Assembly (NCBI GenBank): GCA_012295275.1
Contig: CM022671.1
Coordinates: 12,400,001-12,464,000, forward strand
DNA from: Chrysomallon squamiferum
Taxonomy: Eukaryota > Animalia > Mollusca
DNA length: 64,000 nucleotides
Direction: 5' to 3'
Part shown: one piece after another, positions 14,301 to 27,978 of the stretch
Layout: each line of letters begins with the position of its first letter
Position numbering within the stretch: position 1 is the stretch's first letter
Program-made: the position numbers and the translations under genes
The notes under the pieces: generated by a model
Told to the model about the DNA's origin: nothing
The model's input: only the letters and a program-made list of their open reading frames with translations
The model's database searches: none

Positions 14301-17300
14301 CCTAAACCTGATTATATGTGCTGGATCACTCTCAGAATTTGTTCTTTCTATATCAAATTATTAAAAAAAAATTCAATCGAATTAAAAGGCTCATTATTTT
14401 TAGCATTCTATGGGGTTTTGACTGAAGTATTGTATCTAACCTAATTGTTTTGCAGCATCCAGTAACAGATGGGCTGCAAGGATCAAATATGGATCACTGA
14501 ATTGTAGGTCTGTAGCAGGAAGGTTTTTACCTGTAACATATTAAGTTTAACAATTAGCAGCCAATCACCTGTCAAAACAAAATAACAAGTTAAAGAGCAA
14601 GTAATACATAAACACAAAGCCACCTTTGTGAATAAAAACGCAGCTTAAAATGAAGGAGAAAATAATTAGATTATCATGAGAAAAGAGCATTAACAGTATC
14701 TATTATTGGTAAACATCGCTATAAATCATATTTACAGGATGAAATTTAACCAAAAAAAAAATATATTTTTTTTTTATGACAATGTGAAATTTTTAAATGT
14801 TTGCTGAACAAAAACTTTACCAAATTTCAGGCCATCTTTGTGTCTGGATATCAGCTCTTTGGCTTTAGCTATTTTTTCATGTGCTGCCAGAGAATCATGA
14901 TAACCAAGATATCGACTAAGCTGTAATACTGATATGTGTCTCTGTAGCTGTTTTACCTGTTTAAAATAATATACAAATGTTTTCATTCCTTATGAAGTTC
15001 CACTGACTAAAAGAAAAATGGGTTCTGATAAATTGCTGCATCTGTCTGATACTACTAAATTATATTTCAAAAAGGAAAAACATGAAGAAAAGAGAATTTA
15101 TAATAAATAAAATAATGCTTACAATATATTAAATATCACCCATAACTGAAGTATGTTATAAACCAAGACACATATTTTTCACCGTAAGAAATGTATTTAT
15201 TGGCTATTTATTACTAAAGAGGTTTCATGTCAAACTTTACTATACAGAACAGGCTGTACTATGATTATGAAATATAATCATACTTACACTGCTTGCATAA
15301 ACAAGTGTACCATCATTGCTGGAAAGATGCAAAGAATCTGTGACATGTTGTATGAGCTATAAATACAAACAGAATTTGGAATAATGAAATATGTTATACA
15401 GATTTATAAAGTGTTAAAATATAAAACTTGTATTTATATGAAGGTTCTGTAGCACCTGAAAAACCATTGAAAAAGTCAGCCATTTCTTTACTCTAACCAT
15501 CAAGTATTTTGAAGAGTTCTGGCATGAAAACCTGATCAGATTCAGATAATGGCTTATTTCCTAAGCCTATTATTCAACAGTATCTTTTACTATGGAGTAT
15601 AAAGTTTGATGAGTTTAGCTGATTTACCAAACTGGATCATCTGATCCCTACATCTTTTCAAATGGTGACTGTTTGATTTGCACTGGTTACAGAAATATAC
15701 CCAGAAATCAGTTCTGAAAATTAAGCAATCACAAAGCAAACATGTAGCTTATGCAAGGTAGTGCAAAGCAAGCAAACAGTGATGTTGTAGTGAGAACTGA
15801 CATTGAATCTGACCACAAAGCTAAAAAAAGCCATGAAACTGTGAGAGTAACCACAATGAAGAGACAGGAAGAGCTGGTGAAGATGGAAGGTGACCCAGCA
15901 TATGCTGGAGAGCAATTTGGATCAACTGTACATGTTGCTGCGTGTCTGAACTTTCAAGCAAAACAGAACATAAAGTAATAGTGTCTTTCCTTGTTTTCCA
16001 TTTTCCACTCTACATTTTGCAAATCTAAAAAACTCACACCGTTGTACATTAGGGTGTTATTGATATTAGAATGATTTTGGTGTCATTTTTGTTAGTTTTC
16101 AAAAGAAAGATGGAATGGATAATTAGATACATAATTTATATTGTAAAAAAAAAGAAAAAGAAAGGAAGAAAACTCTACAATCAATCATCAAGCATAAGCA
16201 AAATATTGAATCTTTTGCAGAGTAAACATATACAAAATGTACATTTCTGTGATGTATTTTGTAGAGGTCAAATCTGTTCTTAACAATCCAATATGATTTT
16301 AATGTCACATTTAATTAATATCAGTAAAATAAATGTAAAAACTCATTTAAAAATGACAAACACTTACCTCCTGTTGTTCCGATTCTTTTAGAATGTCAAC
16401 AAAGAGTTTCATGTCTCCAATATATGTACTTCGGTCACCATAGCGATCAAAATACTGCTTCATTAATCCTAGTGGACTTCCTGTTAAATATTTTTAAATG
16501 AAATAAACCTCTTCTTACAGACAAACAACCGACAACTTTTTAGTCATAAACTCTTTCTATTATGGATTTTTCTCTCATAATTTTTTAAATGAAATAAACC
16601 TTTTCTTATAAGCAGATGAACAATCACATCTTTTTAGTCATATACACAAATCTATTGCAGTGTTTTAGTAAAACAGCTACTCTTAACTTGCTCCAAAACA
16701 TAATGTGATACAATACGACTGACATTAGCTTTAAATGGCAAGGAGTTGGCTTGTTGAATATTCATTTATTAACCTACTTCTAATACTAACGTACCTATGA
16801 GTTTCAAACTGTCGTGTTTTCTGTCAAGTAGCAATTTTGCAAGCTGCAACTGTGCCAGGTATGGGCCTCGGTATGGTCGGCCATTTTCACAGCCTTTAAT
16901 CTGCTGGTTAAGAAAGTCAATCACCTTTTCCACAGTATCATCAACTTCAAGTTCACTGAAAATACATATAAAAATGTGAAAGTTTTATATTTATAGTAAA
17001 CCACAGAAACTAAATGGTTTAAGATGTATTACTCTTCTTTAAAAACTCCAATATTTCTATTAAAAAATTTTGGTTTAGCTAATAATGAAAGTAAGTCTAA
17101 ATTAAATTCAGCTGATTACATTAAATGTGGTTATTGTTCACTAAATATTTTACTTATGTGCTTCAGAGATTACAGATTTATTTTTGAGAATGGAACAATT
17201 TTCATAATGACTAAATATTTTAAGATGCTAAAAGATTCAAATGTTTAAACTAAAGAAATGATAAGACAGAAAACATTCAAGAAATAGCCTTTTTCCATTT

Positions 17301-17780
17301 TAACTTGAATGAGGCCAATTGTATTGCCAACCGTCTTTCTCAAAAAATTTATATTTTATTTTGGCTTTCTTTAATCATAAAAAAAAAAGAAAACAGGTTA
17401 TGTATATTTTAATTTGCACAGGCCTACATACAACTATGAACACACACATTGGCTTATCTTTGTAGAATAATTACCTCTCTATTTTTTCCATCTTCTCTTC
17501 TGAGTCAACAAGATGAAATGCTGAATTCAAGTACTCTTTCCAAAACTGCCAATGGTCAGGACTTTGAATAATAAATAAGAAAAGAATTGAAAAGTGAAAA
17601 TGAATATACAAAATATGTAAACAAATGAAAATATTACATTTAAATAATAAATAACAAAACAAAATAAAATATTCATCATGTGTAAGTAAATACAAAAGAC
17701 TGCTACACTGTTGCTAAAAAGTAAAATACTTCAAAACAATAATAAAAATATGCAGATTCAGTTTTAACCTGTTTGGCTTT

Positions 17781-17819
<39 letters not shown>

Positions 17820-20800
17820 AAGCAATACTGTTTTTGTCTTCTTCATTTCTTTTTCTTTTTTCTTTTTTTTTACCTTTCCTGAAGCAGCTTTTTGTATGCA
17901 GCATTAGCCTTTGACCATCTTTCCAGTTTTGTATACAGCTCTGCCAACTGAACTGCACGAAAATTCAGTTCATTCACAAATCTAACTATAAAGCAATATC
18001 GGGGGGAAAAAAACAACACAAAACAATCAGCAACATGAGAGTTATTTCAAGGATATTGCATGCATAGTTGTGTTGTAAAAATCAATCAACGGACATAGTA
18101 GTATAGTAATCTGTGATTAAAAGATAAGGAACGTTTTTATTGATTTACTAGGTTTTATTTATTAAACATATGTATCAATCATATTATAACTGAATCATCC
18201 AAGCCTACAAGTGATGTGAAAGAAATTAATATTTTAGGCAATCAAATAGTACTATAGGAAATGAAAACAAGACAATACACATACAAATAACAAATATGCA
18301 TTAAATCAGCCTTCTGTTTCTTAAACTAGAATTGGCATTTTAAATTGATCAGTAAATGAAGCATAAACACTGTTAATTGTTTTCCCTTTTTAATTTACTT
18401 CACTTAATGATGACAGGAGAGACTGATGTTACCTCCAAGAGGACCTTCTAGCAAGTCAATGGCCTCATCATATTTTTTTAACAGATCTAAGATCATCAAA
18501 TACAATAGGACTTCTGAAAAACAAAGTATCAAATTCCATTAAATAAAAACAAACAAATGTTATTGTTTTTACTCTATGAATTTCAGGTACACTTAATATG
18601 AAAGCACATATAACAATGTTAAATTAAAAAAATAAAATTTAAAAATTAAAATGATAAATAAAAAATATATATAAAAAATAAAAATAAAAATAAAATATTA
18701 AAAGAAAGATAAAAATAATAATACAAAAACAATGTTAAAATTTTAACTTAAAAATAAATTAAAATACTAATAACACTCTTATAAAATGTAACCCAAAATG
18801 GTAAAGAAGACAAATATGAGTAATCAAAACTTGTAATACAATGGTTACAAAAATTCAAATAAATATATGCTATTTTAAGTATAGCTATATAGTTAAAACA
18901 ATTACCAGCTTCGGCTTCTATCTTTCCATCTGTGATGTATTTCTTTGTCATCCGTTCTGCTAGTGGGAGGTACATAGAAGCAGCCAATTTTTGATCTTGA
19001 CAGCTATGAGCCTGAAAAAGTTATATCTGTCTAAATATAGAATTACAGAGTGTGAAATATGTACTGGCTCATGTCCAAAGCAGATAAAAAAGATATAATA
19101 ATAATTTGTCACTTATAAACTGCTACATGTAGGTAATCTATTAATGGCTTTAATTTGGAGCAGTTCTATAACAATCAGTCATGCTGATGACATTAAATTC
19201 AGGCTTTAATTCACTGCTCAGGAACAATAAATGCAATAGAAACTGATTATGTAATGAGTGTGGGATGTAACTTTTTATCAGTTACCTACAATCAATTAAT
19301 TTTTTTTTAATAATAATGATAATACTAGTCAAATGATCACAATTACTTTATATCTGAACCATCAGACATCCCGAAAATACATTTCTTTCTATACTTTTTT
19401 TGGCAACATATTTAAACCTTAGTCTGTAATGTTCTTAAGAGCTTAAGTTTAAAGTAATTAATAACAAAGCCATTGTATTGACTAGTGTTCTGCGTAAACT
19501 CTTTATTACCTGCATCACAATACTCATCACTGCCCAGAAGTAATATGGATTTTTCTGTGGTTTCAGTTTGTGAAGTAACATTGCTGTTTGCTGCTGTTTT
19601 TTGTAGTCACCAAGGCGTACATGTGCCATAAACAAACAAGACAAAATTTCTTCATGATCTGGTCTTGATTTGTGTGCATTCTCATACAAGTCAGCAATTA
19701 ATTCCACTGAAGAGAAAGTAAAAACAAAACATTTCTCATCTTTTATTATGGAAGGCATAATATTTATCGAATACATACATTTTTAGGATGCTTGCTATGG
19801 TTCTAGTCAATAAAAACATTATTGTAAATATTAACAATATGATCATGATGCGAGTTTAATTTGTACAAATTGTTTAAATTATGCCTGTATTTCTTTCACA
19901 ACTTAATAAAATAAATATATTGAAAACTCAGAAAATGCATTTAATTTTTGTTTTTGTGGAGATGTGTTCTGAAATACAGAAAAGAATTAATGCAGTTTGG
20001 TGGAAGATCAATATCAAACAGCTCTTTGAATTCTTGTAAATCCTCTAAATGGATGTCAGTTTTAGAGTGATTATGTTTCATACTCCCACATCTTGGACTG
20101 TCATCTCTTTGCAAACAGTGTCATTGTCATAAATGTAATTTATTATCTGAATAAAAAAAATTTCTTTCACAGATTTAATGACATTTGAGTTAGTGCTGCA
20201 TTTTCTATGGCCATCAATGTATAATGCACATATGCAGTTAAAATAAAACAATGCAAAAGTAAGTTATTTTTCTCTCCAAAAAATGTTTCTTGGACTATAT
20301 TTAGGCTATAGTAACTAAACAAAATCATACCACAAAACAAAGATTCTCGAGAAATAAAACAAATGAAACATACACTTGTGAACTTCTCGATAGCATATAG
20401 ACATTGCCTGAAGAGTTGCTTCATTGTCTGGGTGTTCAGCATGAACTTCCTGCAATATTGCTGCACTTTCATCATGTCGACCTAATCTCAAAAGTGCTAA
20501 GGCTTTTAACACCTACAAAAAAAAAGGAATTAATTAAATAAATGTTAGGTGCTATGATATAGGATCTTCTATATGAAACTTCCTTCAGTTTGAAAAACAT
20601 AAATCTATCTGGCTGATTATGATAAATCAGCTGTGAGCTGGGGTTGTAGCAGGAAATAGTCCAATCAGACAAGTGAGAAGTTTCAATTCTTGAACCAGTT
20701 ATGTCTCAGGTCAGCACTGTTTCAGAAATTCCAACTGCACAAATAGTTTTTATTATCCTGTTAACTAAACAACTGCAGTTCACATATCCTGTTTAAATAT

Positions 20801-21666
20801 GTCAATTATACATTGGAAAAAATAATAATAAAGAACAAATTTCATGTTGCATATCATCATAGTGAACTTTCATTTAAATTTATTAAAATAATTTTACTTA
20901 GTACTTGATGGATTAAAATATTTTCAAATATCCAAAACTTAACATAGGTTTAAATTTTAATTTACAGAATTTTAATATTAATAATTAGTTGACAAATGAT
21001 GATACTTATCCCACGTTTACTATACTGACCTTTGCACATTGAAAATTTCTTTGTTTCTTCAAAACTTTGTCAGCTTCCTGGATGGCCTTTTTGTTGTTAC
21101 CATTGTCAAGGCAGTCTAATAATAAAGTTATGTTTACAATAGTTTAAAAGAATCCGAATGATTTCAAATTCTTGACTTGTCACAATTCTATGCCACTTAA
21201 TGTTATTTCACTATTTGTTATAAACAAATTTATAACCATTTTTGAGCCAGTCCTCCTAGTTACTCGATTACCTTATCAAGTCTCAATCAGGATACTAATT
21301 TATTTAATGATTAAAAGTTTTTTTTAAATTCTTTATTTATTTCAGAAACAGTGTGTAGACTAATGATACATTCTCTTTAAAATGAAATTAAAAACGTCAT
21401 TCAAAAATAATAACGTATCTCCGACTCAAACAGTCCGATGACTATTGACTTTGATTTCTAAAAATCTAGATCTACTTGTACGAGTTGCATAACCCAAGCT
21501 TAAGTAGAATGCATTATTTGTAAATATATTAATCTGATAATGCATAGTCCTCTTGGTTGCTTAAACTTGGTTAAATATGTAAATTAAATTAAAAATGTGT
21601 TTTGCAATCACCATAGATTGGCCTTAATCTTCTTTCACTGACTACCACATGGCTACGCGAAGACAT
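5354..21666 (-). CDS. NAA25: N-alpha-acetyltransferase 25, NatB auxiliary subunit (MDM20 orthologue), about 966 aa
   Basis: 28 phase-consistent exons: 21612-21666, 21030-21115, 20374-20512, 19510-19706, 18906-19011, 18433-18513, 17874-17985, 17475-17561, 16795-16955, 16368-16480, 15288-15356, 14821-14956, 14441-14530, 12920-13030, 12602-12671, 12194-12293, 11979-12026, 11562-11665, 11246-11298, 10532-10604, 10181-10223, 9798-9995, 8611-8734, 8157-8207, 7561-7658, 6983-7093, 6388-6537, 5354-5488 (2901 nt). The N-terminus MSSRSHVVVSERRLRPIYDCLDNGNNKKAIQEADKVLKK and motifs KNPYYFWAVMS, RGPYLA, YKYGSFGKI and LRDNRD match NAA25. Confidence 0.96.
16491..16642. repeat. Two-copy degenerate tandem duplication (period about 90 bp) in an NAA25 intron
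   Basis: TTTTTAAATGAAATAAACCT.TTCTTA...CTTTTTAGTCATA occurs at about 16491 and about 16582. Confidence 0.7.
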
Positions 21667-22354
21667 TTTGGTTACAAACCCTCGTATCAAACTGAAATCA
21701 CGCGTGAGTTGTGAAGTATTCTAAATTTAGTAGCTGAACAGGAAGTTCCTTGTGATTTTAGAATTAATTTTGTTTTCATAAAATAGAAATAAATGTCATT
21801 TACAGTTTGATCATGTTTTGTGTCATTCCTAATAAAAACTCTTTTTCGAACCAGTTCTGCCGTTCTTTAAAAGTATTGAGTAAAGCAGTTTATCATGCAG
21901 AGATTTGAGTGGGATTATCATTAACGGATTAAGACAGACCGTCACTTGTCACTGTCAGTGTCACGTCATTGGGAGCTGACGACTTCGTTGCTTGGTTACC
22001 TTTATGATAACTAATCAAAATGTTTTGTTGAACTTCAAATTTCTGGTGATTAAGTATAATCGTTCTTAGGTGTGTATAGACTATAGTTTAAGAATTTAAA
22101 AAAAAAAAAAAAAAAAAATTGGTTTAGTTTACCTTTGTAAAATATATAGGGTGACAATGTTAGTGGCGTGCATTTGGAATTTGTAAACGGACAATTTATT
22201 GAAGCAGTATATTTCGCAATATTATGAAATGTAAAGTAACACACAGCATGTGATTTTTGTTTGTGCAATCATTTCATTTCTTTTTAATTTTTAAAGTGAA
22301 TCTGATATTACTAGCCAAATAATTTATTTAGTTGACATTATTACCTTTACAAAA
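21667..22354. promoter_or_regulatory. Probable bidirectional promoter shared by NAA25 and the DUF4291 gene
   Basis: The start codons diverge 688 bp apart and the region is locally CpG-rich. It contains palindrome TCACGCGTGA (21698-21707), ETS-type CAGGAAGT (21739-21746) and CRE-like TCACGTCA (21961-21968). Confidence 0.6.
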
Positions 22355-24830
22355 ATGGCATGTGTTGATGTAGAAAATACGTGTAAAATCAGTAAAACAT
22401 ATTTAAATGTTTCAAATTATGTGAATCAAAGAAAGTTATGGCCTGCCAGTGGAAGGTACATTACTGCTCAGTTTGATGATGATTCAGTTGTCGTTTACCA
22501 GGCATACCAACCTTCAGTTGCTGAATATGCAGTTCAGAATCAATGGTATTGTAAAATAGAATTTCATTACTATTTTCCCATCATTTTCATCTTTATGGTT
22601 TATACGGTACTAACAAGATAACAATATATAATTTAATCTATATATTAATTATTGTACCACATAAACTCAAGTATATAGCATTGTTTTTTGGTTTTTTCCC
22701 ATATATGGATACTGTTTCATTATTGTTCCAGATGTAGTACAAATAAATTATAATCTTAAAAATAACAGGTTTCTGTATTTATGTATAAAGACTAGGCTAT
22801 GTATTTAAATATATATATATATATCTCTCAGATCAGGATATAAAATCTGATTTGTCACAAGTTTTTATTATCATATCAATACATTATATGAAGGTTTTCT
22901 TTATTCCACACCCTCTTTTTATTATTATGTTTTTAAACTTTTGTTTAGTAAATAACAGACAAGTCAGCTGTGATTATATCTTATTACATCATATACTGAC
23001 AGACAAAAATAATCATAAATACATAATATATAATGTCATAATCTTTAATAAAATATTGTTTTACAACTATTATGGCATGCATGACATACATGAATGCAAC
23101 AAAAGACATAAGAGAGGAAATTGGCTAAATTCTTAGCACTTAATTAACATAGGATTGTGAGACACACAGACACACAGACACTTTTCAATACTGGTTACAA
23201 TAATGTAGGTATTTAATTTATGGAATTTCACATAAAAGAGAAATAGAAAATGTTTACAAAGTAAATAATTATTTAGCGTGAAACCTTAATATTTGCTAGT
23301 GATATCCCTAGGATAAACACAACCCTTATTCTGTCATTGTCTTGTAAATAATTTATAATTACTCCAATTTATCAGCCCCAAAATTCTCGAGTCCCATATT
23401 GTCTGTATTCAAATGTACATAAAAGCACCTTTTTTATTGCCTAACCCATATTCATGCTAAATGATATTCTCCAGTATCAATGTTTGACAATAGCAGCATT
23501 TCATAATTTGTTATACCACCCAACTTCTTACAGTGCCAAAATTAGCTGTGCTGCAGTGCTGACATTACTAAAAGGTTTGACTGTACAATGATACAGTGAA
23601 AAGGATTCACAAAATCACATTCATCCTTTCATGTAGATATAATAAGGGACTTATTTTAAAATCTACTATCACCACTGCCATAAAAGACAAAATAATTTAT
23701 TGTATGGCATGTTAGTGACTCACTTTAATTAATGCTGTTTGTGTTTCATAACAAATCAGAATTTATTTTAGTTTTAATAAAGGAATGAAAAAAGTCAAAC
23801 TAAAAATAACATCAGTAAATAGAACAACAACAAAACAATCTTTTTAAATCTCTGTAGTTTTGGTGGTCCAGATTTCAGCTATGACCGCATGTCATGGATC
23901 AAAACTAGTTTTCTCTGGATGATGTACAGATGTGGATGGGCAACAAAACCAAAACAGGAACGAGTACTTGCAGTTTGGCTTACTAGAGACGGGTTCAATG
24001 AAATCTTGGATAAAGCCTACAGTGTCCAGGTAAGCTTAAAACAGTGGGCTTCAGAAATAATGTAATACTTTTATTCAGGAGTTATACAGAAAAGTAAAAA
24101 AAAGTCTATTCATTTGTACAAATTTTATTTTAATAAAATATTTTTAGTATAAATCTTTTTTCTTTGACATTAGCGTCAGAAGAAGGAAGGTTTGAACAGT
24201 AGTGATATAGAGGTTCGTCTGCAATGGGATCCAGACCATGACCCAACAGGAGAAAAGGAATCCAGACGTGCAGTTCAACTGGGACTTAAAAATACTGTGA
24301 GAATACTAAAACATGTTTATTCAAATGTTGATAAAGTGTTCTTCATAATCACACACCTGCAAATAATGGTTATGAAATTATTTTGTTATTTTTATGGAAT
24401 TTAGCCTTCTTATTTTCTTGTCAATGAATTCTAATGAAAATGATTATAAATATCAAAAATGATAACTGTTAATGATCAAAACCTCACTGGAGTCAAATGT
24501 ACTCTATGACATATTTTAAGTCACTTCACTGAACACGAATTATAAAAAAATCCTTAAGTGTGCATTATTTGACCTGTGTGAGTATTTTCTGTATTAAAAC
24601 CCCCATAATCACCAATGTAAATTAATAATAATAATAACTATTCTGTTTATTTTCAGATGTTGAGAAAATATGGCGAAAAATGGATTAAACGTATTGAGGA
24701 CATAACTCCTTTTGTAAAAGAACAACATAAAATAGTTACTGGCAAAAATATCTGGGAACTGCAAATACCAATAGAATCAGTCTACCCTGTCTCAAGTAGC
24801 ATAGCTGAAAAAATAGAATTAGATGCTTAG
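22355..24830 (+). CDS. DUF4291-family protein, about 219 aa
   Basis: Exons 22355-22545, 23858-24029, 24174-24296 and 24657-24830 (660 nt, GT-AG, in frame). The translation includes ITAQFDDDSVVVYQAY, RMSWIKTSFLWMMYRCGWATKPKQERVLAV, EVRLQWDPDHD, RRAVQLGL and WIKRIEDIT, which I recognise as DUF4291 signature blocks. Confidence 0.88.
23276..23583. mobile_element. Possible degenerate Tc1/mariner-pogo-type MITE in DUF4291 intron 1
   Basis: The right end AAGGTTTGACTG|TA (reverse complement CAGTCAAACCTT) resembles the left end TA|GCGTGAAACCTT, with flanking TA dinucleotides. The TIR match is only 9/12. Confidence 0.3.
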
Positions 24831-26468
24831 CAGAACCTTTGTTCATTCCAGTACTAAATCTATGATATATTTAAAACAGAAATATGTCTATATATATATA
24901 AACAAATCTGAATCCAATAAAAATTTAGTAATTATTAACATTCTGTTGTTATCACATTTTTTCATTTATATACAATTAACATGTGAATGTCATAACACAG
25001 TTAACATTTGTATTGAAAATATACTATAAATTATCTAAATATATTTTTTTATAAGTTATTAATTTGTTATGTCTAATTTTCGTAACAATAAAGCATGACA
25101 ATAAAATAACTAGTGAAGTGGATGAGACTGAAATTTATTCTTTCATCATGGAGCACTCGTATCTCTGACAGTGTGAGGAGTAGACAGTTTGTTATTTCAT
25201 TGTCAGACTTTACCATTAACAGATACTGGTATCAGAAACAAACAGTAATCTGTAAATATGTATTTAAATCATTTGTAAGTATCACAAGAAATATACTTTG
25301 ATTCACTTCTCTAAAGCTGGACTAGCCTATACCAACCTTCTTTGATATTCTGAACAGTCAAATATCAAAATGTAAAATAGCTTTTACAAATAATTTTAGT
25401 CAAATTTAAAATTTAACATTAAATCATTTCTAGATGACTGACATATTAACACTAATAAATATTTATTAAGTATTAACATACAAAATGAATACTGATTTTT
25501 TTTTACATGATTATACAGCTAAGCACTAAATTTACAGGTATGCAATATGCAATCAACAATTTATAAATATTAGATAATTATAATTTAAAAAAATAAAAAA
25601 TGAGTGAGAAAAAAAGAAAAAAATTTAAACAATAAAATGAAAAACATTGAAATGTATTGTTCTCAAATAAATGGGTTACTGTCACTTGGACTTTTATTTA
25701 GTTATAGAACTTTATTGGGGAAAAGAAAGAACTAAAAATGATAAAGTACACATTTTAATTTTATGTACAAATAACTTCATAATTTTATATAGTCATCCAA
25801 ATTATGGTATATTTGTTTTGTGAGACCAGTTTTTTAATAATAAAATATGACAATATAATTAAATAAAACCTCCAATGAAGCCGCTATTAATTTTTTCTAT
25901 TTTAATAGACTAGTAAATCTGTTAAGTTGCTGCTTTGTCAACTCTTTCAGTATGTTTGATTTATTATTATTACTTTTAAATACACACATTTTGTTTACTA
26001 ACTATCTTGATAATCACAAAACATAAGCTTCACACATTCTTATGAACCGATTAAAATGTTACTGTCATACTTACAAAGTTAAACTGGTAGTTTTGACAGT
26101 CTTTTGAAAATATATGTAATCAGTTTATAAAACCATGTTAGCTATAGTTCAGTTTAAGGAAAACATGGACATTTGAAATAAAGATATAAAACACTTCTTT
26201 CAGCACTTTCAGTGAATCCAGTCAACTTATAATAGTAATCATGAAGTCTTGACTATGTTTATTAATACTAATTCTATCTAAATTAAATATACATCAAAAA
26301 TTATATCTTTCACAGAATCCATATTCTGTTTCTTTACAAAATGACAAATGGATCAATAATATTATTTTTTGCAGTGTCACATTTAAGTATGTTGGTGATC
26401 AGCATACAAATCACATCTCTGGGAACAACTAGAATTGATATTATATCCTAATTCATAAATTAGTACTC

Positions 26469-27130
26469 CTAGGGTTGTTGTCCTTGCATCTGTTGCTGCA
26501 TTTTCTTCATTGTAGCTTCATCTTGCTGTGATAGTGCTGTTAATTTTTTACCAACTCTGTCATGTATTTCAAGATATTTAGCAACACACCTGTCCACACA
26601 CACAGCTTCACCTTTAGTTAGGTCTGGATCTCTGTACTTAGATGGTATACATTTTTTCTGACACGCTGTTGTCATTCTGTAAAATACAGCACAAAATAAT
26701 GCTCGTTATTTTTTTTATAGATGCAGGGAATAGTATTTCATTAAATTATTGTCTTTGCTCATTTATTTTTAATTTATTTACTTAAAATGAATTAACCTTA
26801 GTTATTTTACATGTTAATCTGAATATCATAATGATTATGACACTGAAAATTTTTACATTTTTAAAATTATGAATACAATTGATTATCAACATCTACAACA
26901 TTTAAGAACATTTTCTAACAGCTTCTCAAATAATAGAGAAAAAATAGATGTCTCTTTCGATGCGAGTGGCAAAATAGTTACATCAATACATGTAACATAT
27001 CACAGGAATTGATTTTACTTTTTAATATTCTATATTGTAACATGTACCTATTATACATATCAGCCATCATCTCTATTTCGAGATCAGCTATCAGCTTAGC
27101 TTGTGCCTCGTTTAGGCCTGCCATTGTCAT
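26469..27130 (-). CDS. TIMM10: Mitochondrial intermembrane-space small Tim chaperone Tim10, about 96 aa (94 if ATG 27124 is used)
   Basis: Exons 27048-27130 and 26469-26676 give [73 protein letters not shown]..., with the twin CX3C motif and the [10 protein letters not shown] signature. Confidence 0.96.
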
Positions 27131-27810
27131 AAGGATGAGAGAAGGTCAGCTGCTGCAAAAAGCATAAACATCAACAACAATAACAAAAGAAAAGAAACCA
27201 CGTGCAATCCAAAACGGAAGTTTACTTGGTTGTTTCCCTTAGAGAATAGTACTAAAATAAATACTACAAATATTTAACATCAGACTCATCGATAATTTGT
27301 GCGATTCATTATTTATTTAAAATAAAAAATTGGATAATATATTTATTTAATGTGTTGGACTTAAAAATTATTATATTAATAATAAATCATCGTTTTTGCT
27401 TTCGAATATTGCACTTCACTTTGAATGAATTTGAAAATATACAATAATACATACTTTATTTTAATGTGGTAATTTTTTTATTATGATATGCATTTTATTA
27501 CCACAATATTTGAATTATTATTCATGTCTTATACATGAAGATAGCTATATTTACATTTAGAAAAGTGCATTTGAACTGAGTTACTGTCAATATAATAATG
27601 AAATTCTAAATGGACAAATAATTAATGAATAATTCGTTTCAAATATAATTGGTAACAAAAATATAGCATGCATTTAAATACAACAGAAATATTACATCCA
27701 ATGAAATCAGCTGTTTCTGACAGCTAATAGAAATTGCTTTTATCCAGTATGTTTGGCAGCAGAAATGCCAACAAAGATTTGCTTCGTAACCCTGAATGTC
27801 ATGAAAATCG
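27131..27810. promoter_or_regulatory. Probable divergent promoter region for TIMM10 and the TRAFD1-like gene, including a putative non-coding first exon ending at 27810
   Basis: E-box CACGTG at 27199-27204, ETS-type ACGGAAGT at 27214-27221, donor TCG|GTAAGC at 27810/27811 and a matching acceptor TTTTACAG at 28570, upstream of ATG 28657. Confidence 0.5.
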
Positions 27811-27966
27811 GTAAGCTTTTATCAGATCAGAAGAGTTAGTTTCATGGCTAGTTTGCATGGAATTATACATTCGACGAAATCCGTCTATATTACTGTATAA
27901 AAAAATAAAAGTATAAAACGATTTTTATCAGAAACATTAAATTGAGTAATATAGTTAAATATACTC

Positions 27967-27978
27967 GAAAGTGAAACT
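27967..27978 (+). promoter_or_regulatory. ISRE / IRF-binding element consensus GAAAGTGAAACT
   Basis: Exact match to GAAANNGAAACT, in the putative 5'UTR intron of the TRAFD1/XAF1-like gene about 680 bp upstream of its ATG. Confidence 0.5.

Noticed and set aside
22355-24830. Bacterial contamination as the source of the DUF4291 gene
   Set aside because: It has three canonical spliceosomal introns, host-like base composition and is contiguous with metazoan genes.
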